Virus record (IMG/VR): IMGVR_UViG_3300048072_000105 | Coordinates: 1-40,589 of that record | Reading direction: 5' to 3' (one strand) | From: a virus | Taxonomy: Duplodnaviria; Caudoviricetes | DNA length: 40,589 bases | Shown here: positions 18,205 to 27,324 of the stretch, in pieces | Layout: every line of letters starts with the position of its first letter | How positions within the stretch are numbered: position 1 is the stretch's first letter | Made by a program: the position numbers and the translations under genes | Notes under the pieces: generated by a model | What the model was told of the DNA's origin: nothing | Seen by the model: only the letters and a program-made list of their open reading frames with translations | Database searches by the model: none

Positions 18205-18906
18205 CTAACTGAGCGTGACAAACGCCTGCTGCGCTTTGTCCACGTTGGTGCTGGCCGATATGACTACTGCGACGATCTGCTCGTCGAAGCCGCCCTTGCC
18301 GGTAGTACCGATAGTTGCTTCGCCAGCGGTCGAGCCGCCGGTAACGAGGGACTTGCCTATGGTGCCTGCGGTGTCAGAGATGACAGCGCCGATACCGCGG
18401 GTCAAAGCCCAGCCGTAATCGCCGGATGCGAACGCGACCTGGACCACGCCGACCGCGTTCTGGACCTTCGTGGAGGTCAGAGACTTGCGGACGAGGTTGT
18501 TGGTCCAAATCTTCATCGTGGAGTCGGTGGAGAGCGCCGTAGCGAGCGCGTCCTCCGGGTAGAGCTCCAGGGTGTCGGCGGTGTTGGTCTTGATCTTGGC
18601 GACCTGGCCTTCACCGGTGCCGTTGTCGATGTGGACCGTGCCATCATCGAACGCGCCTACCGTCCACCCGGCCGAAGCCTTAGTGATGAAGACGGTGCGG
18701 CCCTGCGAGTCGTTCGAAGACGAGATAGTCGTTCCGACCGACGTAACCGCTGCGGGAACAACCACCATGCCTGCGGTGCCGACTGCGGCGCTCGCCTTGA
18801 CATAGACCCACTCGCGGCCGTCCGGAGTGACGGCGCGCTGGCCGAGTTTGAACTCGCCCTGGTTCTGCGTGGTTTGTTTGACGCTGCGGAAAGTAATCTG
18901 ATTCAT
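18205..18906 (-). CDS. Putative capsid decoration/minor structural protein
   Basis: LGQRAVTPDGREWVYVKA and GDYGWALTRG pattern; downstream of the major capsid gene. Confidence 0.55.
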   Translation of the reverse strand: MNQITFRSVKQTTQNQGEFKLGQRAVTPDGREWVYVKASAAVGTAGMVVVPAAVTSVGTTISSSNDSQGRTVFITKASAGWTVGAFDDGTVHIDNGTGEGQVAKIKTNTADTLELYPEDALATALSTDSTMKIWTNNLVRKSLTSTKVQNAVGVVQVAFASGDYGWALTRGIGAVISDTAGTIGKSLVTGGSTAGEATIGTTGKGGFDEQIVAVVISASTNVDKAQQAFVTLS

Positions 18907-18976
18907 AAGTGTTGATTGCAGCCTTTGGCTCTTAACCTCCGGCCATTCGGGAGCAGCGCTCCCTTAATTAAGTAAT

Positions 18977-19576
18977 CTAGCTGAGGCGTTGCAGAACGAC
19001 CGTTATCGTCGCGTTGGCGAGGTTCGTGACCGTGCCACCGAAGATAAGGTTGATGCGGTTGCCCGCGGCGATGGTGGTAGGGCTACCAATAACGGTGCCG
19101 TTCACCGTCGTGTTGGCCGTACCGCTGAGCGATATGGTGCCCGTAAGGTTGTTGGTACCTGCGGCGATGGCCTGCGTGCCGGTCGCCACTTCAACCTGGA
19201 GCGTTCCCGACGTGGAAGCCGTCCCGAAGGAAACCGACACCGCCGCGATTTTGTAGGTGCCCGACACGTTGTCGTTCACGAAGATGGTGTGGGATACCGC
19301 ATACGAAGCGGCGGCTACCTGGTTCTGGTTATCGGTCAGCAACTCGTACATCGGTACGATGACCGAGTTGGCGGTGAGGCCCGCGCTGTCGGTCACAGCG
19401 ACCGTCTTGCCGGTCGGCACCGTAATGCCGCCGGTTGCGGTCGTCAGGCCCGTAACACCGAGCGTGGAAGCCAGCGTCACTGCGCCGGTGTAGGCGAGCG
19501 CGCCGGACGTATCCAACTCGGTGGAGGCGTCGAGCTTGTTGCCGTACTTGAGTGCTGGGATGTATTGGCTAAGCAT
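18977..19576 (-). CDS. Putative minor structural protein
   Basis: 199 aa Thr/Gly/Ala-rich beta protein immediately after the major capsid gene. Confidence 0.55.
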   Translation of the reverse strand: MLSQYIPALKYGNKLDASTELDTSGALAYTGAVTLASTLGVTGLTTATGGITVPTGKTVAVTDSAGLTANSVIVPMYELLTDNQNQVAAASYAVSHTIFVNDNVSGTYKIAAVSVSFGTASTSGTLQVEVATGTQAIAAGTNNLTGTISLSGTANTTVNGTVIGSPTTIAAGNRINLIFGGTVTNLANATITVVLQRLS

Positions 19577-19630
19577 AATTCTTTTGGGTGCCTTCTCCCG
19601 CTATTGCGCGGGGTCAAGGGCGATTATTTT

Positions 19631-20689
19631 TTAGGATGCACCGGTGAGCTGGCCCAAGAGGCGCGGATTCTCGCCGATGAAGTTACCGGCATAGATGATG
19701 TGGCCGACCTCTGCGAGCTGGTCTACCGGGCTCATCATGTCGCGGAAGTTGAAGCCGAGCGTGGACGGTACGCGGCCGGGAACGCCCGCCGGTACGCTGT
19801 CGCTCTTCTTCTTGAAGTTCACCTGCTTGAGATTGGAACCCTTCAGGTTGATGCCCTTAAAGCCGAACGCATTGGTGTTGATGAGGAAGATTTTGCCTGA
19901 CGGAATCTGCTCGTCGCGGACGACCGGCGTGCCGCGGAAGAACAGGACGTTGAAGCCCTGCTGGCCCGCGAGCGCGTTGGCGCCGGAGACCATGCCGAAG
20001 GCGTTCATCTGCGGATAGCCGTTCTGCGTGTATCCCGCGCGCACCGTCGGCGTGAGGAGCGACTCGTAGGTGCTCCAGATGCTCTTGGTGGTCGCGATGA
20101 TGTCGGGAGCCTCGGTGCCGACAAGCACCGCGTCGTAGGCGGTAGCAAGCTTGGCAAGAGTCGTAGACCCTGCGGAAGCGAGGTAGTAGCCCTTGAGCGA
20201 GGTGTAGGTCGAGCGCGAGAGGCCGCCGTAGGTGGCGTAGTTGGTGCTGTCGTCTGCGGCGTTGGCGAGGCTGTCCCAGTTGTTGCCCGAACCGGTGCCC
20301 GTGTAGAGGTTACCAGACATGAGGTTCATGAGGGACTGCGCCTGGGAATCAAACTCGGTATCAAGCAGGTCGATAATCGCTTCATCGCCCTGGTTGAGGG
20401 TCGTTTCGATGTTGGCGACGACGATGGGCTTGTAGACCATCTTCGGATTGAACTGCATCGTCGTGCGGACGTTCTGGCGGTCCGTATCGAGGCGGTCAGC
20501 GATGCCGGTGTTTCCGCCGTTCGTGGAGTCCTGGTATTTGACGATTACGTCGTAGCTCGTACCGGTCCTCCAGGGCTTTGCGTTCTGCAAGAGCTTCATG
20601 AGGACGGGGGAGCCTTTGGTCACGGTGTCGTACACCTTGGGCACGATGTAGTGCCGGGTGACCGAGGTGACTGCTTCAGAGAATTGCAT
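19631..20689 (-). CDS. Major capsid protein
   Basis: 352 aa after the scaffold; LYTGTG, YGGLSRS, PDIIATT, GFNVLFFRGTPVVRD and IFLINT motifs consistent with HK97-fold capsid proteins. Confidence 0.85.
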   Translation of the reverse strand: MQFSEAVTSVTRHYIVPKVYDTVTKGSPVLMKLLQNAKPWRTGTSYDVIVKYQDSTNGGNTGIADRLDTDRQNVRTTMQFNPKMVYKPIVVANIETTLNQGDEAIIDLLDTEFDSQAQSLMNLMSGNLYTGTGSGNNWDSLANAADDSTNYATYGGLSRSTYTSLKGYYLASAGSTTLAKLATAYDAVLVGTEAPDIIATTKSIWSTYESLLTPTVRAGYTQNGYPQMNAFGMVSGANALAGQQGFNVLFFRGTPVVRDEQIPSGKIFLINTNAFGFKGINLKGSNLKQVNFKKKSDSVPAGVPGRVPSTLGFNFRDMMSPVDQLAEVGHIIYAGNFIGENPRLLGQLTGAS

Positions 20690-20700
20690 ATTGGGTAATG

Positions 20701-21462
20701 TTATTTTTTCAGACGGGACTGGAAGAACTCAAGCGCGCTGGAGAACTGGCCTGCGTCATTGGGGTCATACCCCTCGTCGGTTGTCGGCGCTCCTGATGCT
20801 CCGGTCGAAACGGGGTCCGCTTCGCGGGTCTTCAGGTTTTTGATGACGGTCTGCTCAGTTCGGGCAACGATGCCCCGCATATCAACCATGTTGGCATGCG
20901 CGGCCTTGAGGTTCTGGAAGCCGTACTTGGTCGCGTGAACGAAGAGGGCGTTTTCGTCGAGTTGCGGGTCAGCTTTCTTTAGCTCGGCAACTTCTGCATT
21001 CACCTGTGCGGTGATGTTCGCCACTCTTTCTCGCTCAGCCTGCGCGGTTGCGGTGATCTGGCGTTGCGCCTCTTGGGTCGCAAGCTCAATCACCTCACCG
21101 TAGGTTTTCGGAACGTAGTCCGGTTTCTTCCATTCCGGTTCGTCTGTCTTGGTAATGTTCGGTTTGTCCACCCCCTCGTAAGCGGCAAGCTTTTGAGATT
21201 TGCGGGTGTACTCGGGGTAGAAGTTTTCCTTCCACTCCTTCTGCAAGGTTGCCGCGTCCACCTTCCTGCCGTCGGGGAGCTCAAAGAGCTCGGCGGCTGG
21301 CGTTTCAGCGGGCTTATCTGCGGGAGCGTCTGCGGGCTTGTCCGCGGCCGGAGCTGCGGGTGCCGGGGCGTCTGCTGCGGGAGCTGCTGGCGTTGCATCC
21401 GGACTTGGTGCTGCCGCCGGAGCGGGAACACTGTCGGTCAACTCCATTACTGGTTCAGGCAT
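20701..21462 (-). CDS. Capsid scaffolding protein
   Basis: Pro/Ala-rich N-terminus, YTRKSQKLA motif and coiled coil; lies between portal and capsid genes. Confidence 0.75.
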   Translation of the reverse strand: MPEPVMELTDSVPAPAAAPSPDATPAAPAADAPAPAAPAADKPADAPADKPAETPAAELFELPDGRKVDAATLQKEWKENFYPEYTRKSQKLAAYEGVDKPNITKTDEPEWKKPDYVPKTYGEVIELATQEAQRQITATAQAERERVANITAQVNAEVAELKKADPQLDENALFVHATKYGFQNLKAAHANMVDMRGIVARTEQTVIKNLKTREADPVSTGASGAPTTDEGYDPNDAGQFSSALEFFQSRLKK

Positions 21463-21540
21463 TGTGTTGTGACTGCCCTCGCGCTGGGCTTGGCCTTTCG
21501 GCTGCGGCGCGCTGCTTGGTCAAACTAGTCTGTTAAAGAG

Positions 21541-21669
21541 CTACTCTGCGGGAACTTCCGGAACGACTTCGGTGACCGGCTCTGCGGAGACTTCTGCGGT
21601 CGGCTCGGGCGCTGCTTCGGGAGCAACCTGCTCCTCTGCGGCCGGAACGACTATTTCTTCGTCCATCAT
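21541..21669 (-). CDS. 42-aa acidic Glu/Pro/Ala/Val peptide (not in ORF track)
   Basis: Translated by hand: MMDEEIVVPAAEEQVAPEAAPEPTAEVSAEPVTEVVPEVPAE; A/C-rich pre-start like its neighbours. Confidence 0.55.
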   Translation of the reverse strand: MMDEEIVVPAAEEQVAPEAAPEPTAEVSAEPVTEVVPEVPAE

Positions 21670-21726
21670 GTCGTTGTGTGGTTACTGGTAATGCGAGCAG
21701 TTTACCGTCGTGCTCAGGACACGCAC

Positions 21727-23736
21727 CTACACCTGTATGGGTGACTTCACCGGCGCCTTGTTGAGCGCCTCCGTCTTCGCGTCCGCGGCCTTCTTCGCGT
21801 CTGCGTGCTCTTTCATCTTCTCCCCGACGACTATGTGCGGGTCGAGCTTCAGCCCTATCTGGCCTGCGAGCTGTACCTGGCCGTCCGGCGGAAGGTCTTT
21901 GTAGGCGACCACGACAGAAATCTTGTCGTGCGGCTGTTGCGGGACGTACTGCTGAATATCCTGCTGCGACATGCCCACGGCCATCGCAGGGTTGAGTTTG
22001 TATTTGACGGCGTTTTTGGCCTTCTCCTGCGGCATCTCGTATCCGGCCACTTCGAGGTAGTCGCTCGGAGCGATGATGCCCTTGGCAACGTCATCCTGCG
22101 CGAGCTGGAAGCGGAACTGGCGGTCTTCGGGAAGCGTCTTGCCGGGGATGATGCGTACCTCTTCGCCGTCCTCGAAGTCGTCCTGGGTGAGCGTAATCAT
22201 CTGGGTCGCCATGTCCTTGCCCATCGTCTTGGCGTAGTGATGCTCGGTGTAGCGGACCTTGGAGAGCTGATAGAACCAATTGAAAAGCTCGTAGCTCACA
22301 TAGTCGGTGACCTGCACCAGCTCGTTGAGGCGGAGGTAAGACTGGTCCACCAGGGCGAGGCGTCCGCCTTTCGTTTCCGTGCCTTCGCGCTCGCCGCGGA
22401 ACGCTGACGACGCGGCCATGATGTTGTCTATCTCGCTGCGGCTGTCCTGCATGTTCTCGACGACAAATGCCGGGAGCGCCGGGCCCGTCTCACGCTTAAC
22501 GCCAGCGGCAACCCCTTTGCCCCAAATCTTGCCGTCTGCATCGGCGTTGAGCTTCTGGGCGTCGGCCTTATCCATTACCGTGCTGTCGATAAGCCAAACG
22601 CCGTTGACGACGCGGGCGTTCGTAGTGATGTCGCGCTTCGTCTCGTCCACGTTCTCCTGGAGCGGAGCGGCCTGCGTAATCATGTCGGTCTGGCCGATAG
22701 GCGAGTTCTCGTTGTTGAAAACGGTCGCGATGATGTACGGCTTCCGCGGCTGGTCGAAGTGGTTGAAGTAGTAGCTGTTGAAGGAAATGGGCTCGTCCAC
22801 GTTCTCAAGCGCCGGTGCGGTATCGCCTTCCTGCTGTGCTGCCGGAGCCTGCGGCTGCCCCGGTTGCGCCGTGGCCTGGGCTTTGGCGGCGGCTACGCGC
22901 GCTTGTAGAGCGGCCTTGCGGGTGTCCTGCTGCTGCTTGATGCCCTGCATGACGGTGCGGCGCGCATCCGGCGTCTCCGCGTTGGCGAGCTGCTGCTCTT
23001 CCTCGGGCGTAATGAGCACGCCATCCCAGTCCCAGTACGGATTGCGGATTTTACCGAGGATGATGTTATCGAGCTTGAAAATGACGGTGTCGCGTATCCA
23101 CGCCTCTTTGTAGGTGCAGTCCGGATTCTCAATGAGCACGTCGGCGTCGCTGGTGTAGCCGTACTTCTTGAGGATGTCGGTTTTCTTCGCCGGGAAGCGG
23201 CGCAACACCGACGAGAGGCTGTCGTCAATCTCCTCGATCGCGAACTCGCTGTCGTCCTCTTTGGTGGCCTTCTTGCCCAGGCGCACCTTGCGCGGGTCGA
23301 GCGCCCGCACGTTGAAATCGTTTATCTTCGGGTCCCAGTAGGGCTTGAGGACCAACAGGCGGCTGAAATAGAGATTGCGGAGGCCTTTGCGGACGACCTC
23401 CTTGACGTTGCGTTCGTCGTATTTGATTTGGAAATACTTCTCCTTCTGCGTGGCGAGAATCTTGGCTTGGGGCGTGTCGCGTGCCGGGAGCATGGTCGGC
23501 TTCGGCGGATTGGCGATGAGCGTGTTAATGACCGCCTCAGTGTCCACGAAGATGCGGTTAGCGCGCACCTTGGATTTCTTGCGCGGCAAGTCTTTGAGCC
23601 AGTCCGGCTCGTTCTTGTACACCTTGAGATTGGCCTCGTAAGTCTTGGAGACAATGTCCCAGACCGTTTCGCTGGAAGACCAGCGGTTATCGACGAGTTT
23701 GGCGAGTTGTACGTCGTTGAGTTCGGAGATTTTCAT
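21727..23736 (-). CDS. Portal protein (podovirus/P22-like)
   Basis: About 669 aa between terminase and scaffold; RANRIF, VRALDP, SPIGQTDMITQAAPLQENVDE and FRGEREGTETKGG motifs. Confidence 0.85.
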   Translation of the reverse strand: MKISELNDVQLAKLVDNRWSSSETVWDIVSKTYEANLKVYKNEPDWLKDLPRKKSKVRANRIFVDTEAVINTLIANPPKPTMLPARDTPQAKILATQKEKYFQIKYDERNVKEVVRKGLRNLYFSRLLVLKPYWDPKINDFNVRALDPRKVRLGKKATKEDDSEFAIEEIDDSLSSVLRRFPAKKTDILKKYGYTSDADVLIENPDCTYKEAWIRDTVIFKLDNIILGKIRNPYWDWDGVLITPEEEQQLANAETPDARRTVMQGIKQQQDTRKAALQARVAAAKAQATAQPGQPQAPAAQQEGDTAPALENVDEPISFNSYYFNHFDQPRKPYIIATVFNNENSPIGQTDMITQAAPLQENVDETKRDITTNARVVNGVWLIDSTVMDKADAQKLNADADGKIWGKGVAAGVKRETGPALPAFVVENMQDSRSEIDNIMAASSAFRGEREGTETKGGRLALVDQSYLRLNELVQVTDYVSYELFNWFYQLSKVRYTEHHYAKTMGKDMATQMITLTQDDFEDGEEVRIIPGKTLPEDRQFRFQLAQDDVAKGIIAPSDYLEVAGYEMPQEKAKNAVKYKLNPAMAVGMSQQDIQQYVPQQPHDKISVVVAYKDLPPDGQVQLAGQIGLKLDPHIVVGEKMKEHADAKKAADAKTEALNKAPVKSPIQV

Positions 23737-23815
23737 AAGCAAAAAAGGCGCGCAGAAGCGGGGACGATTTCCCTGCTCCTACTCGCCTTGTAATCGGTGA
23801 GAGTGGAACGCCCTT

Positions 23816-23862
23816 ATTATGCGGTCGGGTCGTTCGGAATCAAAGTCTGCTTGTGTGGATAA
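23816..23862 (-). promoter_or_regulatory. Putative promoter for portal/capsid genes with a perfect DnaA box
   Basis: Minus strand: TTATCCACA (23862-23854), TTTGAT/TTGATT -35-like, GACCGCATAAT -10 region. Confidence 0.55.
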
Positions 23863-24059
23863 CCGGATTGCTTTTCCAGAACGACCACCACGGGCCGCAC
23901 GCGGAGCAAGTTGACGTTCGCCTTCACCGCACTGATGCCGCCTTGCATGTCGAAGTGAATCTCAGCGCTGCCGCCCTTGATGCCGAAGACACCGCAGTCG
24001 AGGAGCAACTGAATCGCCTCCGCCTCCTGCTTTGAAACGGTGAGAGTTACTGGTTCCAT
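23817..24059 (-). CDS. Small hypothetical protein
   Basis: 80 aa from MEPVTLT, overlapping the terL stop; IKGGSAEIHFD motif. Confidence 0.55.
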   Translation of the reverse strand: MEPVTLTVSKQEAEAIQLLLDCGVFGIKGGSAEIHFDMQGGISAVKANVNLLRVRPVVVVLEKQSGYPHKQTLIPNDPTA

Positions 24060-25630
24060 CCGTTTGCATCGGCCATAGCATCTGATAATTCGTCCAGCGA
24101 TCCCACAACGTTGTCCCGGCCGATAAACGGCTTGTCGCCGCTCTTGCGCTCGGGCAGTACCACGCCGCTCCCGGCGCCCAGCGTCGCAAGGTAATAGTAC
24201 AGCGTGGCGAAGACGAAGTGATCCTCGCCGGTGGTGCTGTCCCACTCATAGCTTTCAATCCCCTTCGTATCCGTCACCTTGACGCGACGGAGCGTCTCCC
24301 AGTGCTTCAGGTAGCGCTTCAACTCCTGGTCGGACGGCAGGCCGAATAGAATCTTGGCGTTGAGTATCTGGTCGATGAGCTGGTCAAGGATGCGGTTGCG
24401 GTTGCTGTAGACGATGCCTTTTTTGTCGTTCTCGCCCCACCACACAATCGTTTTCGGGTTGTTCTTATTCTCCTGGAAGAAGGACATGAGCGCCGTGCGG
24501 TAGTGCTCGACGTAGTACTTGGACATGGTGTTGTCCGGCATGGCGTCGATGACGAGCATAGGCTTGTGCAGCTTCATGAGGTCGTCCAGCTCCTCCCATT
24601 TGGTGAAGCGGCCTACCTGCGTGACGCCCAGCTCGGTGCCCAGGACGAAGTGCTTGATGTTGCCCACATCCACGCCAAGGAACCACTGCTTGCCCTTGCT
24701 GAGGTCTTTCGGCGTCCAGTTGTCGAGGATCGTGGAGGCGGACACCCGCAAGTCACCGGGGTTGTACGGCTCGCCCAGGACGAAGTTATAAAAATACTCC
24801 TGGTCGCCTTCACTATCGGCAATGATTTCAGCCGCGGTAATCCACGGGGCCATGAGGTGCGAGATATGGTAGCCGCTGATGGTGGCGCCGGGGTTCTGCG
24901 CGACCCACTTGCCCTTCCGGCGTTCCTCGGTCGTCAGCTCCTTCTTGCACGCTACGCACTGGAAGCATTTGCGCACCAGGTCGATGCTCTCCGGCCAGCG
25001 CAATATCTGCTCATGCCCGCAACCGGCGCAGGCAATCGTCCATTCCTTCTGGTCGGATTTCTTCCATGCTTGGTCTATGGCGTCCTTCTCGGTGGTGGGG
25101 TTGCTGAACAGCCAGCGCCCTTTGAACCGCGACGCCTTGGTGCGTGATTTATACGTCTCCAGCATGGCCTGGTTGGACCGCGACGCCTCGTCGTGAATGT
25201 TCACGTCCGAAGAGGTCATAATGGCCGCCGTCTTGCTGACGGTGCCTTTGAAGAAGAGAAAGCGGCCGTTCAGCTCCTTGCGCTCGATGTTGTCGGTCGG
25301 GAGCCCGGCGAACTCGTCATGGTTGGCCGAAATGAGCTTGTTGGTCTTGGAGGATACGAACTCGCTCACGTCGCTGTCGGTCGGGAACGTGTAGATGATG
25401 TTCCAGCCGAACGTCTTGAGTGCGAAGAGCGCTTTAAGGTTGAAGACGACGCTGCCGCCGACCTGCGAGCATTTCTTTATGACGATCTCCTGGCTCCAGT
25501 CAGTGAGGATGTCCAGGAGGAATAGCCGGTCACGGAAGGAGAGAGCTTCGCCTTTCTCGTTCTTAATCCCCTTCTTGACTATCCAGCCAAGGATGGAGAG
25601 CTCGGCTATGTCAGGGGTGTTGTTCTCCAT
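24047..25630 (-). CDS. terL: Terminase large subunit (lambda GpA-like)
   Basis: IVIKKCSQVGGS Walker-A variant, IHDE Walker B, FSNPT, CAGC/CVAC Zn motifs, LGVDVG nuclease motif, EDHFVFA. Confidence 0.88.
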   Translation of the reverse strand: MENNTPDIAELSILGWIVKKGIKNEKGEALSFRDRLFLLDILTDWSQEIVIKKCSQVGGSVVFNLKALFALKTFGWNIIYTFPTDSDVSEFVSSKTNKLISANHDEFAGLPTDNIERKELNGRFLFFKGTVSKTAAIMTSSDVNIHDEASRSNQAMLETYKSRTKASRFKGRWLFSNPTTEKDAIDQAWKKSDQKEWTIACAGCGHEQILRWPESIDLVRKCFQCVACKKELTTEERRKGKWVAQNPGATISGYHISHLMAPWITAAEIIADSEGDQEYFYNFVLGEPYNPGDLRVSASTILDNWTPKDLSKGKQWFLGVDVGNIKHFVLGTELGVTQVGRFTKWEELDDLMKLHKPMLVIDAMPDNTMSKYYVEHYRTALMSFFQENKNNPKTIVWWGENDKKGIVYSNRNRILDQLIDQILNAKILFGLPSDQELKRYLKHWETLRRVKVTDTKGIESYEWDSTTGEDHFVFATLYYYLATLGAGSGVVLPERKSGDKPFIGRDNVVGSLDELSDAMADANGWNQ

Positions 25631-25640
25631 TGAGTAATGC

Positions 25641-26099
25641 TTACTCTGCGCGCTCCTTGTCCTCCTGCATCGCACGCCACTGCTGCGGGTATTTGATGCG
25701 GAAGCGCGGATCGTCAGGCTGTAGCAGGTCGTCGGCGAGCGCTAACCGCTGCTGCTTGAGCATTGCGGATTCCATGTAGTACGGGTCGGTGTGCTTGTCG
25801 CTGATGTGCCGTATGGCCTTGTGCCCCTTCGGACAGTGGCCGACGAAGAACGCAAACAACGGCAGTATCGCATAGGCGCAGCCCTTATCTACGTCGAACC
25901 CCATTGCGAACGTCTTGAGCGCCGGGGCTTCAAAGTCAGCGTTGCAGGCTCGGCACCAAAAACCCATCTGCGTCTGCTCGGGCGCGTCTTGATATTCCTG
26001 GTAACGCAACTGCTCGCGTTCAATGCGCCGTTTATCGGCCGCGCGTTCCTCGCGGTTGCGCTTAACACGTTTGCGTAATGTATCCGAGTGGTTGTCCAT
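25641..26099 (-). CDS. Hypothetical Zn-binding protein
   Basis: FWCRAC...CPKGH motif; start at MDNHSD. Confidence 0.55.
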   Translation of the reverse strand: MDNHSDTLRKRVKRNREERAADKRRIEREQLRYQEYQDAPEQTQMGFWCRACNADFEAPALKTFAMGFDVDKGCAYAILPLFAFFVGHCPKGHKAIRHISDKHTDPYYMESAMLKQQRLALADDLLQPDDPRFRIKYPQQWRAMQEDKERAE

Positions 26100-26238
26100 G
26101 AGCGTCGCTGAAGCGAAAACAGGCGGTGCAGTACCGGCGTCTGGGAAGCGCAACGCCCTCAAACTCGTCGCGCGTCAGCCGCCTGCATGAGCAATGCGGG
26201 CAGCGGGCCTTGTAGTAATGTTTACTCCCGACCAGCAT
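26062..26238 (-). CDS. Possible small Zn-ribbon protein
   Basis: CPHC...YCTAC motif; start uncertain. Confidence 0.35.
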   Translation of the reverse strand: MLVGSKHYYKARCPHCSCRRLTRDEFEGVALPRRRYCTACFRFSDAHGQPLGYITQTC

Positions 26239-26452
26239 CTTTGCCGAAGTAACGCTTGTAAAACTTCCCCCAGCCTCGCTCCTCCTGGTGCACATAATCC
26301 TCGTGCTCAGCTTCGGTCATATCCGGGAGGAACACGGCTTTGCCGTCACCTTGAATCTCATGCGGTCTGCCGAACGCATCTTCCCAGCGATGCACCTCGG
26401 GCCGTGTCTCGTAATTACTCAGCGCCCAAAGGCGCTTCAGTCGTTGCCACAT
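26222..26452 (-). CDS. Hypothetical protein
   Basis: 76 aa, in operon, overlapping the terS end. Confidence 0.5.
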   Translation of the reverse strand: MWQRLKRLWALSNYETRPEVHRWEDAFGRPHEIQGDGKAVFLPDMTEAEHEDYVHQEERGWGKFYKRYFGKDAGRE

Positions 26453-26963
26453 GCTCGTTGGTGATTAGGCTTTTAATGTCCTGCTCGAACGCCTTCACGC
26501 TCTGCTGGAATTTCGGCAGGAAGAATATGTTGTAGGTGTTGCCGGTCCCAGGTGGCGTAATCTCAGGCGTAATCTTGCCTTTGACCGTATAGGCGAGCTT
26601 GAGAAACTTCTCGCGCGTCGGATGGTCCGGCACTTCGATAAAGTCGTTCGTCTTCTCGTTCGCGTCGCCGTAGGTGATGTTGGCCGAAATGATTTTGTTC
26701 GCTTCCAATCCCTCGGCGTGCACCTTCACCAGCTTGTCGTCCGGAAGGTACTGCTCCATCAATTCCTTGAAGCCTTTGCTTTCGGTAACAAACTGCGGAT
26801 TGTCGGCTACAGAGGGTGCGTATCCGGCTTCGCGGAGGATTTCGCCGGTTGGCTTAGGATGTTCTGCGCCCATATTTTCCAATACCTTCTCCACCACCAG
26901 CCGTTGTTTGGGAGTGGGCTTCGATTTGCGTGTGCGCTTGGTATTGGGCGTCTCGGTTGGCAT
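26415..26963 (-). CDS. terS: Terminase small subunit-like protein
   Basis: PTPKQR...EILREAGYAPSVA HTH pattern and PDHPTREKFLKLAYTVKG; upstream of terL. Confidence 0.65.
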   Translation of the reverse strand: MPTETPNTKRTRKSKPTPKQRLVVEKVLENMGAEHPKPTGEILREAGYAPSVADNPQFVTESKGFKELMEQYLPDDKLVKVHAEGLEANKIISANITYGDANEKTNDFIEVPDHPTREKFLKLAYTVKGKITPEITPPGTGNTYNIFFLPKFQQSVKAFEQDIKSLITNEHVATTEAPLGAE

Positions 26964-27250
26964 TAGGGTGTGAGTATCTCGGTGACGACCTTGGGCTGCG
27001 GTGTTGCATCGACCACTACGGGGCGTGCAAGCGTCCTGCCGTCCACGATGAACGGCTCGGCGACGAGCTTGAGCTGATATTTCTCCAGGAGGGGCTGTAG
27101 CGCTTCGTTAAAAGCGGCTACGCGGGTGTCGAGCGGATCAACAGGTGTCGGCTCAACCGCGGGCGTCTCTGCTGTCTGAGTAGCTTCTACGACCGTTTCC
27201 GGCGATGTGGCGCTCTCGGCTCCGGACTCTGCCTCTTCAATATTTCCCAT
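26963..27250 (-). CDS. Acidic hypothetical protein
   Basis: 95 aa; TAATG stop/start overlap with terS. Confidence 0.6.
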   Translation of the reverse strand: MGNIEEAESGAESATSPETVVEATQTAETPAVEPTPVDPLDTRVAAFNEALQPLLEKYQLKLVAEPFIVDGRTLARPVVVDATPQPKVVTEILTP

Positions 27251-27279
27251 ACGCAAAATAGCTAGCGACTAATGCCTTA

Positions 27280-27323
27280 ATGGTAGCACGGGGGTATGTG
27301 CGGACAGGGTGTCGTGTGGATAG
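27280..27323 (-). promoter_or_regulatory. Putative late-operon promoter: DnaA-box-like CTATCCACA plus extended -10 TGCTACCAT
   Basis: Nonamer at 27323-27315, TACCAT at 27285-27280, just upstream of the first packaging gene. Confidence 0.5.
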
Positions 27324-27324
27324 A

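Noticed and set aside
18989-19900. 303-aa plus-strand ORF
   Set aside because: Antisense to the capsid and minor structural genes.
21290-21430. Short DNA repeats (PADKPA, APAAP)
   Set aside because: Explained by the low-complexity N-terminus of the scaffolding protein.
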